Assembly (NCBI GenBank): GCA_963744145.1
Contig: CAVUSO010000001.1
Location: 2,528,001 to 2,592,000 of the forward strand
DNA: 64,000 nucleotides
Origin: an uncultured cyanobacterium
GTDB taxonomy: Bacteria; Cyanobacteriota; Cyanobacteriia; Cyanobacteriales; CAWUOF01
Direction of reading: 5' to 3'
In this document: positions 20,066-29,690 of the stretch, piece after piece
Layout: the number at the start of each line of letters is the position of its first letter
Numbering within the stretch: position 1 is the first letter of the stretch
Program-made: the position numbers and the translations under genes
Notes under the pieces: generated by a model
The model's input: the letters and a program-made list of their open reading frames with translations, nothing else
Told to the model about the DNA's origin: nothing
Database searches by the model: none

Positions 20066-20416
20066 TTATTCACCTGTTTTGGGAGATTTGTTGCCCAAAG
20101 AGCCGGAATGAGTTAAATTGAGATCTAGTTCCATTCGTTGTTCCATTTGTCGGAGAAAATAGCCTGTCATCATCGCTGAAGCAAGTAAACCGGCTAAATT
20201 TTCCCAATCGGTAGTAATTTGCACATTAAAGCTCTCATGGGGTAGAACTCCCACCAATCCCTGGACATTTTGGGAAATAATTTGTTTAATTTCAGGACTA
20301 ACTGACTTAGCGACCCGTGCTAAAACTTCAGGTGGTTGGTGCTGGAGATATTTCAAGAGCGAGTTAACTTGCTCTTCTTCTAAATTAAAATTGGTAAAGT
20401 CAGGTTGAAAAACCAT
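20066..20416 (-). CDS. DUF760 family protein
   Basis: NSLLKYLQHQPPE, ENLAGLLASAMMTGYFLRQMEQR. Confidence 0.85.
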   Translation of the reverse strand: MVFQPDFTNFNLEEEQVNSLLKYLQHQPPEVLARVAKSVSPEIKQIISQNVQGLVGVLPHESFNVQITTDWENLAGLLASAMMTGYFLRQMEQRMELDLNLTHSGSLGNKSPKTGE

Positions 20417-20461
20417 GTGGCCTCTAAATATCTGGCTGGCTTAGGACAGTCTAAACTAATT

Positions 20462-20995
20462 TTAGGTAATCGTACTATCTAGGCATTCCTCGGTTTGGGG
20501 ATCTGCAACAGACAAACTAAGATCTAGTTCTTGAGGTAGTTGATCAACTTGGAAATACTGATGGAATTTATCAGTTACTTGTAACCAATAAGAACGACCA
20601 TCAGATTGTCTGCGCTTACGGACGAATCCTAACTGCACAAGTTCCTGGACATGCTGATAGGCGCCCGAACCACGGAGGTTGACGAGATCAGTTTGGCTAA
20701 TTAATCCTTTCAGAGCGATCGCGGCTAAAGTGCGTAAAGCACCTACTCCTAGGTCTACTGGTAATAAAGTCTGGACTAAATCTTGAAATAGATCTCGTAA
20801 TTGCAAGCAGTAACCCGTAGGTGTTTCTACGATCTCTAAAGCACTATCTCGGTGAGCGTACTCAGACATCAGGTCAATTAAGGATTCCTCAGCACTGATG
20901 CGATCGCACCCTGCATATTCAGCAATTTGCAACAGGGATAAGGGCTGACCCTTGAGATAAAGAATTGCTTCAATTTTAGTCGCTAGACTAGGCAT
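20462..20995 (-). CDS. scpB: SMC-Scp complex subunit ScpB
   Basis: IEAILY, ALRTLAAIA, LRGSGAYQHVQEL, VTDKFHQYF; exact start uncertain. Confidence 0.9.
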   Translation of the reverse strand: MPSLATKIEAILYLKGQPLSLLQIAEYAGCDRISAEESLIDLMSEYAHRDSALEIVETPTGYCLQLRDLFQDLVQTLLPVDLGVGALRTLAAIALKGLISQTDLVNLRGSGAYQHVQELVQLGFVRKRRQSDGRSYWLQVTDKFHQYFQVDQLPQELDLSLSVADPQTEECLDSTIT

Positions 20996-21205
20996 TGGCA
21001 TTCGGACATGAACAACAAACAATCAGCAAAACCAGCTTCTAATCCCATCTAATTGAGGATTTCGGGTTCAGGACTATTGACAGGTTTTGCATAAAAAGGC
21101 ACCATAGATAATACTCAAAAAAAAATCAATTACTTTTAAAATAGCATAACCTTAATCATGTCAATAACCTTTTGGGTTTAAATAGCAATTTTAATTGGGG
21201 TAAAT

Positions 21206-21484
21206 CTAAATTTCTTTCATTTCTAGCAAAGATTGCCATCCAGCTTGCCATAAATTTGGATCTTTAAGCTGTTGTGCGTTTAGCCAAAACCGCACTTGAG
21301 GATCGCAAGCAGCAACCATTTCCGCAAATACCCATTTACCCTGATTTTTGCGATTCACCACCTGAAAATGACGCCATCCCCAGGTGAGCTGTTTCGATGT
21401 CCATTTAGAACCAACCAGATAGGGGAATTTTGGTTTTTGCGACATAATGGTTTTCACTGAAACAAAAAATTCGTTTTGATTCAT
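21206..21484 (-). CDS. TIGR02450-like Trp-rich protein
   Basis: LVGSKWT, WRHFQV, LKDPNLWQAGW; true start probably at MSQKPK. Confidence 0.8.
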   Translation of the reverse strand: MNQNEFFVSVKTIMSQKPKFPYLVGSKWTSKQLTWGWRHFQVVNRKNQGKWVFAEMVAACDPQVRFWLNAQQLKDPNLWQAGWQSLLEMKEI

Positions 21485-21596
21485 TTTATTTTAACAAGAC
21501 GTAAAATTAACAATTTTAAACATTTTATCAGTATAAATAAGGTCTTTTTTAGGATTAAATTAATGGCAGTAAGCTTTTTTAGTTAGGTAAGAGATC

Positions 21597-22319
21597 ATGC
21601 AACCCCAAAGCAACCTGCTCGGTATTTCAAGACGGAGATTACTCCAGTTAGCTGGTGCAGGAATAGTAGTTAGTACCATTGGTAGCCAATTATTTAACAA
21701 TCAACCAACGATCGCCACAGAAAAAGCTAGCAATATCAGCAGTGACGAAGCTCTGAATAACCTCATAGAAGGAAATAAACGTTTTGTCAATGAAGAAAAA
21801 CTTCATCCTAACCAAACATTGCATCATATTGAAGCATCGGCCAAGGGCCAAAACCCTTTTGCGGTGATCCTTGGCTGTGCTGATTCACGAGTCCCACCAG
21901 AAATTGTCTTCGATCAGGGTCTAAGTAGTTTATTTGTAGTTCGGGTAGCCGGAAATATTCTTGATAACGAAATATTAGGTAGTATTGAATATGCCCTAGA
22001 TCATCTAGGTGTTCCCCTGATCATGGTGCTAGGACATGAAAGATGTGGTGCAGTCAAAGCTACCGTAGATGCTGTCGCTAAAGGTGGTACAGTTCCTCCT
22101 CACATAGATAGTCTGGTGAAAGCGATTAGTCCCGCAGTCCTACAAGTAAAAAACTTAAGTGGAGATCTGGTCGATCAAGCGATTAGAGCTAACATTAAAA
22201 GGGTTGTGGGGCAATTACAACAGTCAACCCTTGTATCAAAATTTGTCAGCGCTAACCAAGTCAAAATTGTTGGTGGCTATTATGATTTAGATACTGGGAT
22301 AGTAGAACAAATTATCTAA
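21597..22319 (+). CDS. Beta-class carbonic anhydrase with twin-arginine signal
   Basis: SRRRLL signal; GCADSRV, VRVAGN, LGHERCGAV. Confidence 0.93.
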   Translation: MQPQSNLLGISRRRLLQLAGAGIVVSTIGSQLFNNQPTIATEKASNISSDEALNNLIEGNKRFVNEEKLHPNQTLHHIEASAKGQNPFAVILGCADSRVPPEIVFDQGLSSLFVVRVAGNILDNEILGSIEYALDHLGVPLIMVLGHERCGAVKATVDAVAKGGTVPPHIDSLVKAISPAVLQVKNLSGDLVDQAIRANIKRVVGQLQQSTLVSKFVSANQVKIVGGYYDLDTGIVEQII

Positions 22320-22375
22320 TGGTAAGCAATTTCTGGATCGATTAGGACGAGACTTAGCTGTTAGCAAAAAAACAG

Positions 22376-22951
22376 TTAAGTTCGTCTGAGCAAGCGGGCT
22401 GAAAGGATTCCACCGAGGAAGCCAAAAAAATGTGCTTCCCAAGATATTCCTGGTTGTCCTGGCAAAATTCCCCAGATGACACCACCCCAAAAGAAAATTA
22501 CGATGATTGACAAGAAAATAGAGATGAAACTACGTTCAAAGAAACCGCGTAAAACTAAAAACCCAAGATAACCAAAAATTAACCCACTGGCACCAATATG
22601 AATGGAATTAGGGGCACCAATTAACCAAACACCAAGCCCGCTAACGATCATAGTGACAAAGGTAACGAACAAAAATTCCCCTGTATCTCGTAGCATAATT
22701 AACCATCCCAGCGTTATAAACGGGATCGTATTAGCCATCAGATGAGCAAAATTACCATGGAGAAAGGGCGCAAATAAAATTCCACGTAACCCGATGATTT
22801 GGTGGGGACGAATTCCATAAGTATTAAGACTATTTCTCAGGAAAAAAACATTGATCACTTCAATGATCCACATGAGCCCAATCAAACCACCTAAGATCAG
22901 GAATTGGGTTTTCAGCTCTTGGGCGATCGCATTATTTTCTAACTTACTCAT
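22376..22951 (-). CDS. Rhomboid family intramembrane serine protease
   Basis: PFLHGNFAHL, GASG, SWEAHFFG; start placed at ATG 22951. Confidence 0.92.
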   Translation of the reverse strand: MSKLENNAIAQELKTQFLILGGLIGLMWIIEVINVFFLRNSLNTYGIRPHQIIGLRGILFAPFLHGNFAHLMANTIPFITLGWLIMLRDTGEFLFVTFVTMIVSGLGVWLIGAPNSIHIGASGLIFGYLGFLVLRGFFERSFISIFLSIIVIFFWGGVIWGILPGQPGISWEAHFFGFLGGILSARLLRRT

Positions 22952-22968
22952 ATTTTTTTTTATCCTTA

Positions 22969-22992
22969 GTGGGACGGGCATCTTGCCCGTCC
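22969..22992. repeat. REP-like palindrome variant GTGGGACGGGCATCTTGCCCGTCC
   Basis: Same as the 3563/3647/50682/63183/63224 copies but with a compensatory base pair. Confidence 0.8.
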
Positions 22993-23136
22993 TATTTATT
23001 TTTGCTTTCTTGTCTAATCCCGATCATCAATCGCTCCTTCCAGATTAGCAAATTCTCGCATTCCGACTAGAAAGCCAGTATTTTCAGGTTTAGTGATGAG
23101 TCGGAATACTTATTAAAAAGCTCATTGCTAGATATT

Positions 23137-23370
23137 TTAGATCCAAGGAATAGTACGTAACCAGTGCCAAACACCAGTTTTTCTTCTCACTAATACTCCT
23201 TTACTGTGTTCTTTGACGACTTCTTGCAGTTCTGCGGTAGTAAAGTCATACCCCTGTTCTTGGGCAACTTGAATAAATTCTGCCGGGTTAGCTACTTCCT
23301 CAAACTGTTTTCTGAACTCTGTATTGTAAGACGCAATTCTTAAAAATTCCACTGCATTTTCTTTAGACAT
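23137..23370 (-). CDS. Nif11-like leader peptide family protein
   Basis: MSKENAVEFL...FIQVAQEQGYDFTTAEL; AGGAG RBS before ATG 23370. Confidence 0.8.
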   Translation of the reverse strand: MSKENAVEFLRIASYNTEFRKQFEEVANPAEFIQVAQEQGYDFTTAELQEVVKEHSKGVLVRRKTGVWHWLRTIPWI

Positions 23371-23600
23371 AATAAAAATCTCCTTTCTGAAAAAAAAATC
23401 TCCGCTTTCTTCTACTTCTAATTTTAAGCGAAGCTCAAAACAAATCAATCAGTTTAAACTTCTAACTGTGATTGCGGTTGGGAGATTGTCCAACAATAAT
23501 CCCTGCACAAAGTTTTGAGTGATTGGCAATAATAGGATGATCGCTAACACTATAATTTTGGGAATAATATTATTTTGATGTCGAAAATTGAGCATCTTGA

Positions 23601-25542
23601 TTAAAGATTCTCGATCGCGATCGGTTCCAAGTGTTCTGCTGGTTGAAAACCAAATACCCGCGCATAGAAATAAAATTCCCCATCCAAGGAACGTTTAATA
23701 TTTTCAGCAAGACGAAAACCATGTTGTTCCCCAGCAAAAGCCACATAAGCGACTGGTAAACCTTTGGATTTCAATGCTTCAACCATCTTTTCGGTTTGAT
23801 TAGGAGGAACAATTTTATCTTCTAATCCTTGAAAGAAAATTACCGGACAAGATAAACTGTCGATCGCGTGGATTGGCGATCGCTGCACATAAATATCCCG
23901 TCGTTCTGGATAAGCGACCAATCAACCGATCCAAATACCGAGATTCAAACTTGTGAGTATCCTGAGCTAAAGCTTCTAAATCACTCACACCATAATGACT
24001 AGCACCAGCTCGAAACACCTGGCTAAATGCTAGCGCACATAAAGTTGTATAACCACCAGCACTTTTCCCTGTGATTGCTAATCTAGCTTCATCTACCAAA
24101 CCTTGCTGGGCTAGATATTTAGCCCCATTCACACAATCATCAACATCAACTATTCCCCAATTACCATCTAACCGTTGTCGATATTCTCTACCATACCCGG
24201 TACTACCACCATAATTAACATCCAGCACCGCAATTCCACGACTAGTCCAATATTGGGTACTCAGACTAAAGTTACTTGAGGCTGATCCGGTTGGTCCACC
24301 ATGACTTTTAACTAATAAAGGTGGTTTTTCTCCTGATGGTGCAATATAATCGCAATTTTGCGGTGGATAAAAAATAGCATGAGCGATTAACCCATTAGTA
24401 GTGGGAAAAGTAATTTCTTGGGGAATAGACAGATAACCAGGATTCAGTTCTAGTTGACTAGATTGACGTAGCACTTGGATAGTACCTGTAGACAAATCTA
24501 GTTGAGCAATTAATGAAGCTTGGGTCGGGGAACCAGCCAAAAATACCACTGTATTTCCAGATACTTTGACTGAAGAAATCTCAGTATAAGGTGTTTCGAT
24601 CGGCACAAGTTCTTTAGTGCGAGAATTAAGACTAGCTAAATGCCAAATTCCGGATTGAGTGTAAGTACAAATAATCTGATCAGGAGATGCAAAACCATAA
24701 TTCGAGATCCCAAATACCCACCCTGGACGTCCGAATTCAGCTGACATTGGTGCTAAGGGTTCTAGATCAATAGTTTGGTTTGGTTCCCAACGATAAAGAT
24801 TCCACCAACCAGTGCGATCGCTAATCAAGTGTAAAATCCCATCTGGAGACCATTCGGGTTGACAGATCGACTCATTGACACCTCCTGCAACTAAATGGGT
24901 AGCACCAAGAGAACCGTCTTGATTTAATGCTCCTACCCATAATTCGGTTCCATCCCAAGGTAAGTTAGGATGATTCCAGGAGAGCCAACAGAGTTGATTA
25001 CCATCGGGATGAAGACGAGGTGATGAGTAAAAATCCTCACCAGCTACGAGGACTTGGATATCTTCACCATTGAGTAAATTGATACTGACAATGGTATTGA
25101 CTGGTTCTTTAGCGGTAGTATTATGATCTTCTCTGACACAAATTAAACGTCCTCGCTGTTGATCAATAATACCATCTGCATAACGCCAATTGGTTGCTGG
25201 GGTAAGGGGTTGAGGTTCACTAGGATCAGTTTGTTGGTAGAGTCGCTGATCGGTAAAGTTAGCAAAGTAAATTTTCCGTAGGTTAACTAGGTAAGCACCA
25301 CCACCGTATTCATGGACAAGACTACGAGCGTTATAGGGGGATGGGAGCAGATTCAAGATCTGACCATCAGTCGTCCGACGCACAATGACATTACGTCCCT
25401 TTTCTGCGGGTCTTCCTTCCACCCAATAGATATCTTCCCCATCTAGGTAGATTTGTCCTAGTCCAATCGTTTGGGAGACGATTAAATCTGAGGTGATGGG
25501 GGATTTCCAAGCTCCGTATTGTGCAAGTTGTGGTTGGGTCAT
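23601..25542 (-). CDS. S9 family peptidase, apparent +1 frameshift near 23915
   Basis: [19 protein letters not shown] in the first frame; [11 protein letters not shown] and EQHGFR in the second frame. Confidence 0.9.
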
Positions 25543-25608
25543 CGATCTAGTTACCGGAAAATAAGAAATTTAGACAAGGACTAACAAAAAAAATACCACG
25601 ATTGTTCA

Positions 25609-26508
25609 TCACATTCTGGCTGCTAGCACTATTTTGGGGATTAATACTGTTTCTAGATCCCTTGTCACCAGTTCACCAATTCCTAAAAATTGCTCGCCTT
25701 CTTGATAAACTTGGAATAGATTTGACAAGTTTAGACTCTCATTTTTCCCCATTATCCCCTGTCCTTGACACCAGCGATCGGCATCAGTTGATGATAAGGT
25801 GATGACTGGTAAATGTGCTAAAGCGGTACTAGGGGGAATGGGAATAAATTTACCTTCATGACTGAGATTTTCTAATTCAGTCAAAGTTAAACTATCTGAT
25901 AACTTAAAACCACTACTTTCTGTCCGAGTTAGAGCTGCGAGGGTTCCTCCAATCTGCAAATCATGACCGAGATCCCTTGCGATCGCGCGGATATAAGTAC
26001 CAGAACCACAAGCGATCGCTACATCAAGTTCGGGAAAATCACCTGGACGCCAATCTAATACTTCTATTTTAAATATTTCCACTGTTCTGGCTGGAATATC
26101 AATCGTTTTTCCCGCCCGAGCTAACTCATATAAACGTTTACCTTTAACTTGAATCGCACTATAATTGGGTGGTACTTGCTGAATTTTACCGACATATTTT
26201 GCTAGTGCGGCTGTGACAGTTTCTAAATTTACCTCTGCTCCTGATTGCTGATTGAGGATTTCTCCTGCTAAATCATCAGTTGTGGTAGTTACTCCCAACC
26301 GAAACGTCCCATGATAAGCTTTATCACTGCGAAGAAATTGTAACAGTCGGGTGACTTTTCCTAAAGCGATCGGTAAAACTCCAGTCGCAGCAGGATCTAA
26401 AGTACCTCCATGACCGACTCGCTTCATTCTGAGGATTTTTCTGACTTGAGCGACAGCATCATGGGAGGTAATTCCCATTGGTTTGTTTAAGGTTAAGAAA
26501 CCTTGCAT
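25609..26508 (-). CDS. truB: tRNA pseudouridine(55) synthase
   Basis: [30 protein letters not shown]. Confidence 0.97.
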   Translation of the reverse strand: MQGFLTLNKPMGITSHDAVAQVRKILRMKRVGHGGTLDPAATGVLPIALGKVTRLLQFLRSDKAYHGTFRLGVTTTTDDLAGEILNQQSGAEVNLETVTAALAKYVGKIQQVPPNYSAIQVKGKRLYELARAGKTIDIPARTVEIFKIEVLDWRPGDFPELDVAIACGSGTYIRAIARDLGHDLQIGGTLAALTRTESSGFKLSDSLTLTELENLSHEGKFIPIPPSTALAHLPVITLSSTDADRWCQGQGIMGKNESLNLSNLFQVYQEGEQFLGIGELVTRDLETVLIPKIVLAARM

Positions 26509-26529
26509 GATGATAACAAAGAGTTCTAA

Positions 26530-28011
26530 TTAAGCAGATGGAGATTTTGGTTTTTTACCAGTATTGCGAAAATCAATAATTTGGCTTAATGAATCATACC
26601 AGAAGTTTGACCCCATCGAAATTGCCAACCCAGTGAGCACCCAACCTAATATTCGTTTAATTTTCGCCAGAATTGGGTGATCATTTTTATCATAATTTGC
26701 TTGATTATTCAAGTTATCTTGATCCCAACCAATTGGTAAAGAAATGTTTTCTAGAACTTGGTCAATTTTCGCTTGAACTTGGGTAAAATCTCCCGGTGCT
26801 TGATTGTACTCAACTTGAGCAACTTGGGTTGCATATTGGGAGGTCATATTGCGGAGAACCGAATCTTTGGATAAACGATCTACTATAAATAAGGTATCTG
26901 CATTGATAGCTATGGCTAGAAAAAGACTGATTAGAATCGTTACTCCTGTGGCATTACGCTTGAAAACTCCATCGGCTCTGGCCATAGAATCATCATACCA
27001 CTGGGAAAGTCTTTTTTGAAGATAATCACCTACCTCTTCAATATTTTGCACTTGAGTTTGAGTAATTTTAAAAATCACATCTAATCCATTTTTGACTGAT
27101 GAGGGTAACTGATTAATTTTGCTTTCTATCTGTTGATATGACTGATCATGTTCATCATGATTTCCTCCCCCCAATTCTAAATAAATTTTTCTATTGCTTT
27201 TAATTTCTGCGAGTAAATCTGTCAAACTTGATTTCCACCCTCCCATAATCACTGCTTTTTTCTGGCTATCATCAAATTTTAATTTATTCATTTCATTTTC
27301 AAATATTTGGGCTGATATTTCAGTATCTACTAGATAGATTTGACAATTTTTTAGGTAGAGATCTAGTTGTTCAGCTAGATGGTCAATACTAGCAGATAAA
27401 TCAGCTTTATTATCATGAAAATCTTGCACAATGCTACCAAATTTTTGGCTAAGTTTATTATATTCAAATTCTAGGCTATTTTTCTGGTCATCAGTAATTT
27501 CCAAATTTTCTAAATGGTCTATAACTGCGCGAACTTGTTGGAGTTTTTCCACTTGAAATTTTTCCAATCTTGATACTTTTAAGCATTTGATCATCTCTGG
27601 AAAATCGATTGTCAGCAATAAAGCACCAGCAAAAATCTCTCCAGTTATTTTAGAAGGTCCACTGGTTTGATCGCCAAAAATGTTCTCTTTTCCAGTCAAT
27701 TTTCTATAGATTTTACCAATGGTCTGAGTAATTTGGCGAAAAAGTCCCTCAATCCCCTCTCTAGCTTCGTGATTAAGCGCATTAATATATGGGTGATTAT
27801 ATATTTGATTGACTAAATCTTTGACTTCTTTGACTTCTTTGTCATCTTCAGTTCCACTAGTTAATAAACCTTGAATTGATTGCTTTAAATGTACTGCTCT
27901 CCATTGGAATAAAACGGTCAATAATCCTTGAATTTTTGAAGCTAACAGGCTTAAAGTTAAGTAAACGAAAATCAAACCAAGGGCAATGTCTAAAACAAAA
28001 GGTAAGCTCAT
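26530..28011 (-). CDS. Hypothetical membrane protein, paralog 2 of a tandem pair
   Basis: N-terminal TM, long helical core, AINADT, LPIGW, GWVLTGLAISMGSNFWYD. Confidence 0.85.
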   Translation of the reverse strand: MSLPFVLDIALGLIFVYLTLSLLASKIQGLLTVLFQWRAVHLKQSIQGLLTSGTEDDKEVKEVKDLVNQIYNHPYINALNHEAREGIEGLFRQITQTIGKIYRKLTGKENIFGDQTSGPSKITGEIFAGALLLTIDFPEMIKCLKVSRLEKFQVEKLQQVRAVIDHLENLEITDDQKNSLEFEYNKLSQKFGSIVQDFHDNKADLSASIDHLAEQLDLYLKNCQIYLVDTEISAQIFENEMNKLKFDDSQKKAVIMGGWKSSLTDLLAEIKSNRKIYLELGGGNHDEHDQSYQQIESKINQLPSSVKNGLDVIFKITQTQVQNIEEVGDYLQKRLSQWYDDSMARADGVFKRNATGVTILISLFLAIAINADTLFIVDRLSKDSVLRNMTSQYATQVAQVEYNQAPGDFTQVQAKIDQVLENISLPIGWDQDNLNNQANYDKNDHPILAKIKRILGWVLTGLAISMGSNFWYDSLSQIIDFRNTGKKPKSPSA

Positions 28012-28061
28012 TTATTTTCTCCAAATCAATTGAATAAGGTAATGGTTAATCAACATTATTA

Positions 28062-29564
28062 TTACACAGATTTAGAAGTAGATTTAGTTTCTGTTTCTGT
28101 TTCTGGTTTTTTGCCCGCATTGCGAACATCAACGATTTTGCCTAATAAATCATACCAGAACTTCGCACCCATCGAAACTGAAAATCCAGTGATTAGCCAA
28201 CCTAATACTCGTCTAAGTTGCGCCAGAATTGGATTGTAATTGTTCAAATTTTGATCATATTCCTCTTGATTATCCATGTTATCCTTATCCCAACCAATTG
28301 GTAAATCAACATTTTTTAGAGCTGTATCAAGTTTATTTTTAACTTGGTTAAAGTCTCCCAATCCTTGGTCAGGATTGTCAGTAATTGCTTTGGTTCCATA
28401 TTGGGAGATTGTACTGCGGAGAACAGAATCTTTCGATAAGCGACTGATAATAAATAAAGTATCTGCATTGACTCCTATGGCTATAGTAACCCCGATTAAA
28501 ATGGCTACTCCTTTAGAATTACGCTTGTAAACTCCAGATGCTCTTTCCATCGACTTATCGAACCAATCGGAAACTTCTGCTTCGACGTTTTTAGCTGCTT
28601 CTTCAACATTTTCAATTTTAGCTTGAGTGCTTTGACCAATCTTATCTAATCCTTTTAGAACTGATGGAGGTAAGCTATTAATTAGGCTTTCTATTCCTTG
28701 ATAAAAATCACTATCCTTATCTTCGCTAATTTTTTTCAATTCTAAATAAACTCTTCTATTACTCCGAATTTCTTCAACTAAATCTGTCAAACTTGGTTTC
28801 CACCCTCCTGTTAAAACGGCTTTTTCTTGGTCATTATTAAATTTGAGGGCATTCATTTTATTAACAAACACTTTTGCTACCATTTCACTAGGTGGTAGAT
28901 AGACTTGACAATTTTCTATATATGTGTCTAGCTGCTGAGACATCCGGTCAATAGTCGTGGATAAATCGGCTTTATAATTACGAAAATCTTCAGCAATCTG
29001 ATCAAATTTTTTGCCAAGTTGAGTATATTCAGATTCTAGGTGAGATTTAATTTCATCAGTAATTTGCAAACTGGTGATTACGGTATGAATTTCTTCGAGC
29101 TTTTCGACTTCAAATTTTTCCAATCTTGAGATTTTTAAGTGTTTAACTATCTCGGGAAATTTCACTGTATCCAGTAAACTAGCAGCAAAAGTTTGTCCAG
29201 ATATGTAAGAAGGTCCGCTATTTTTATTGCCAAAAATGTTATCTTTTCCAGTTAATTTTCGATAAATTGTCCCAATTACTCTTGTAAATTGGCGAAAAGA
29301 TTGGGCGATCGCTCCTCGGGCTTCTTGATTACTAGAATGAATATATGGGTTATCATAGAGTTGATGAACTAAATCTTTGACTTGATCAACTTTTTCATCT
29401 TCAGCCCCACCCGCAAGTAAAACTTGGATTGATTGCTTTAAATGTGCTGCTCTCCATTGCAATAGGGTGGTCAATAATTCTTGAATTTCTGAAGCTAATA
29501 GGCTTAAAGTTATGTAAACGAAAATTAAGCCAATGGCAATATCAACAATGAAAGGTAGGTTCAT
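28062..29564 (-). CDS. Hypothetical membrane protein, paralog 1 of a tandem pair
   Basis: Colinear with 26530-28011; WFDKSMERASGVYKRN, LPIGW, GAKFWYDLL. Confidence 0.85.
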   Translation of the reverse strand: MNLPFIVDIAIGLIFVYITLSLLASEIQELLTTLLQWRAAHLKQSIQVLLAGGAEDEKVDQVKDLVHQLYDNPYIHSSNQEARGAIAQSFRQFTRVIGTIYRKLTGKDNIFGNKNSGPSYISGQTFAASLLDTVKFPEIVKHLKISRLEKFEVEKLEEIHTVITSLQITDEIKSHLESEYTQLGKKFDQIAEDFRNYKADLSTTIDRMSQQLDTYIENCQVYLPPSEMVAKVFVNKMNALKFNNDQEKAVLTGGWKPSLTDLVEEIRSNRRVYLELKKISEDKDSDFYQGIESLINSLPPSVLKGLDKIGQSTQAKIENVEEAAKNVEAEVSDWFDKSMERASGVYKRNSKGVAILIGVTIAIGVNADTLFIISRLSKDSVLRSTISQYGTKAITDNPDQGLGDFNQVKNKLDTALKNVDLPIGWDKDNMDNQEEYDQNLNNYNPILAQLRRVLGWLITGFSVSMGAKFWYDLLGKIVDVRNAGKKPETETETKSTSKSV

Positions 29565-29690
29565 TTATCATCTCCAAATCAATTCGGTTAACGAGAACAA
29601 AAAAATTTTCTACTCAAAGATTTGTTGAGTGCAGATCAGCCAGCTTAAAATATGGCATTAGGTAAATTTTGCCTAGGATAGTGAAAAATA

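Noticed and set aside
23601..23921. Separate 106-aa gene
   Set aside because: It is the C-terminus of the frameshifted S9 peptidase
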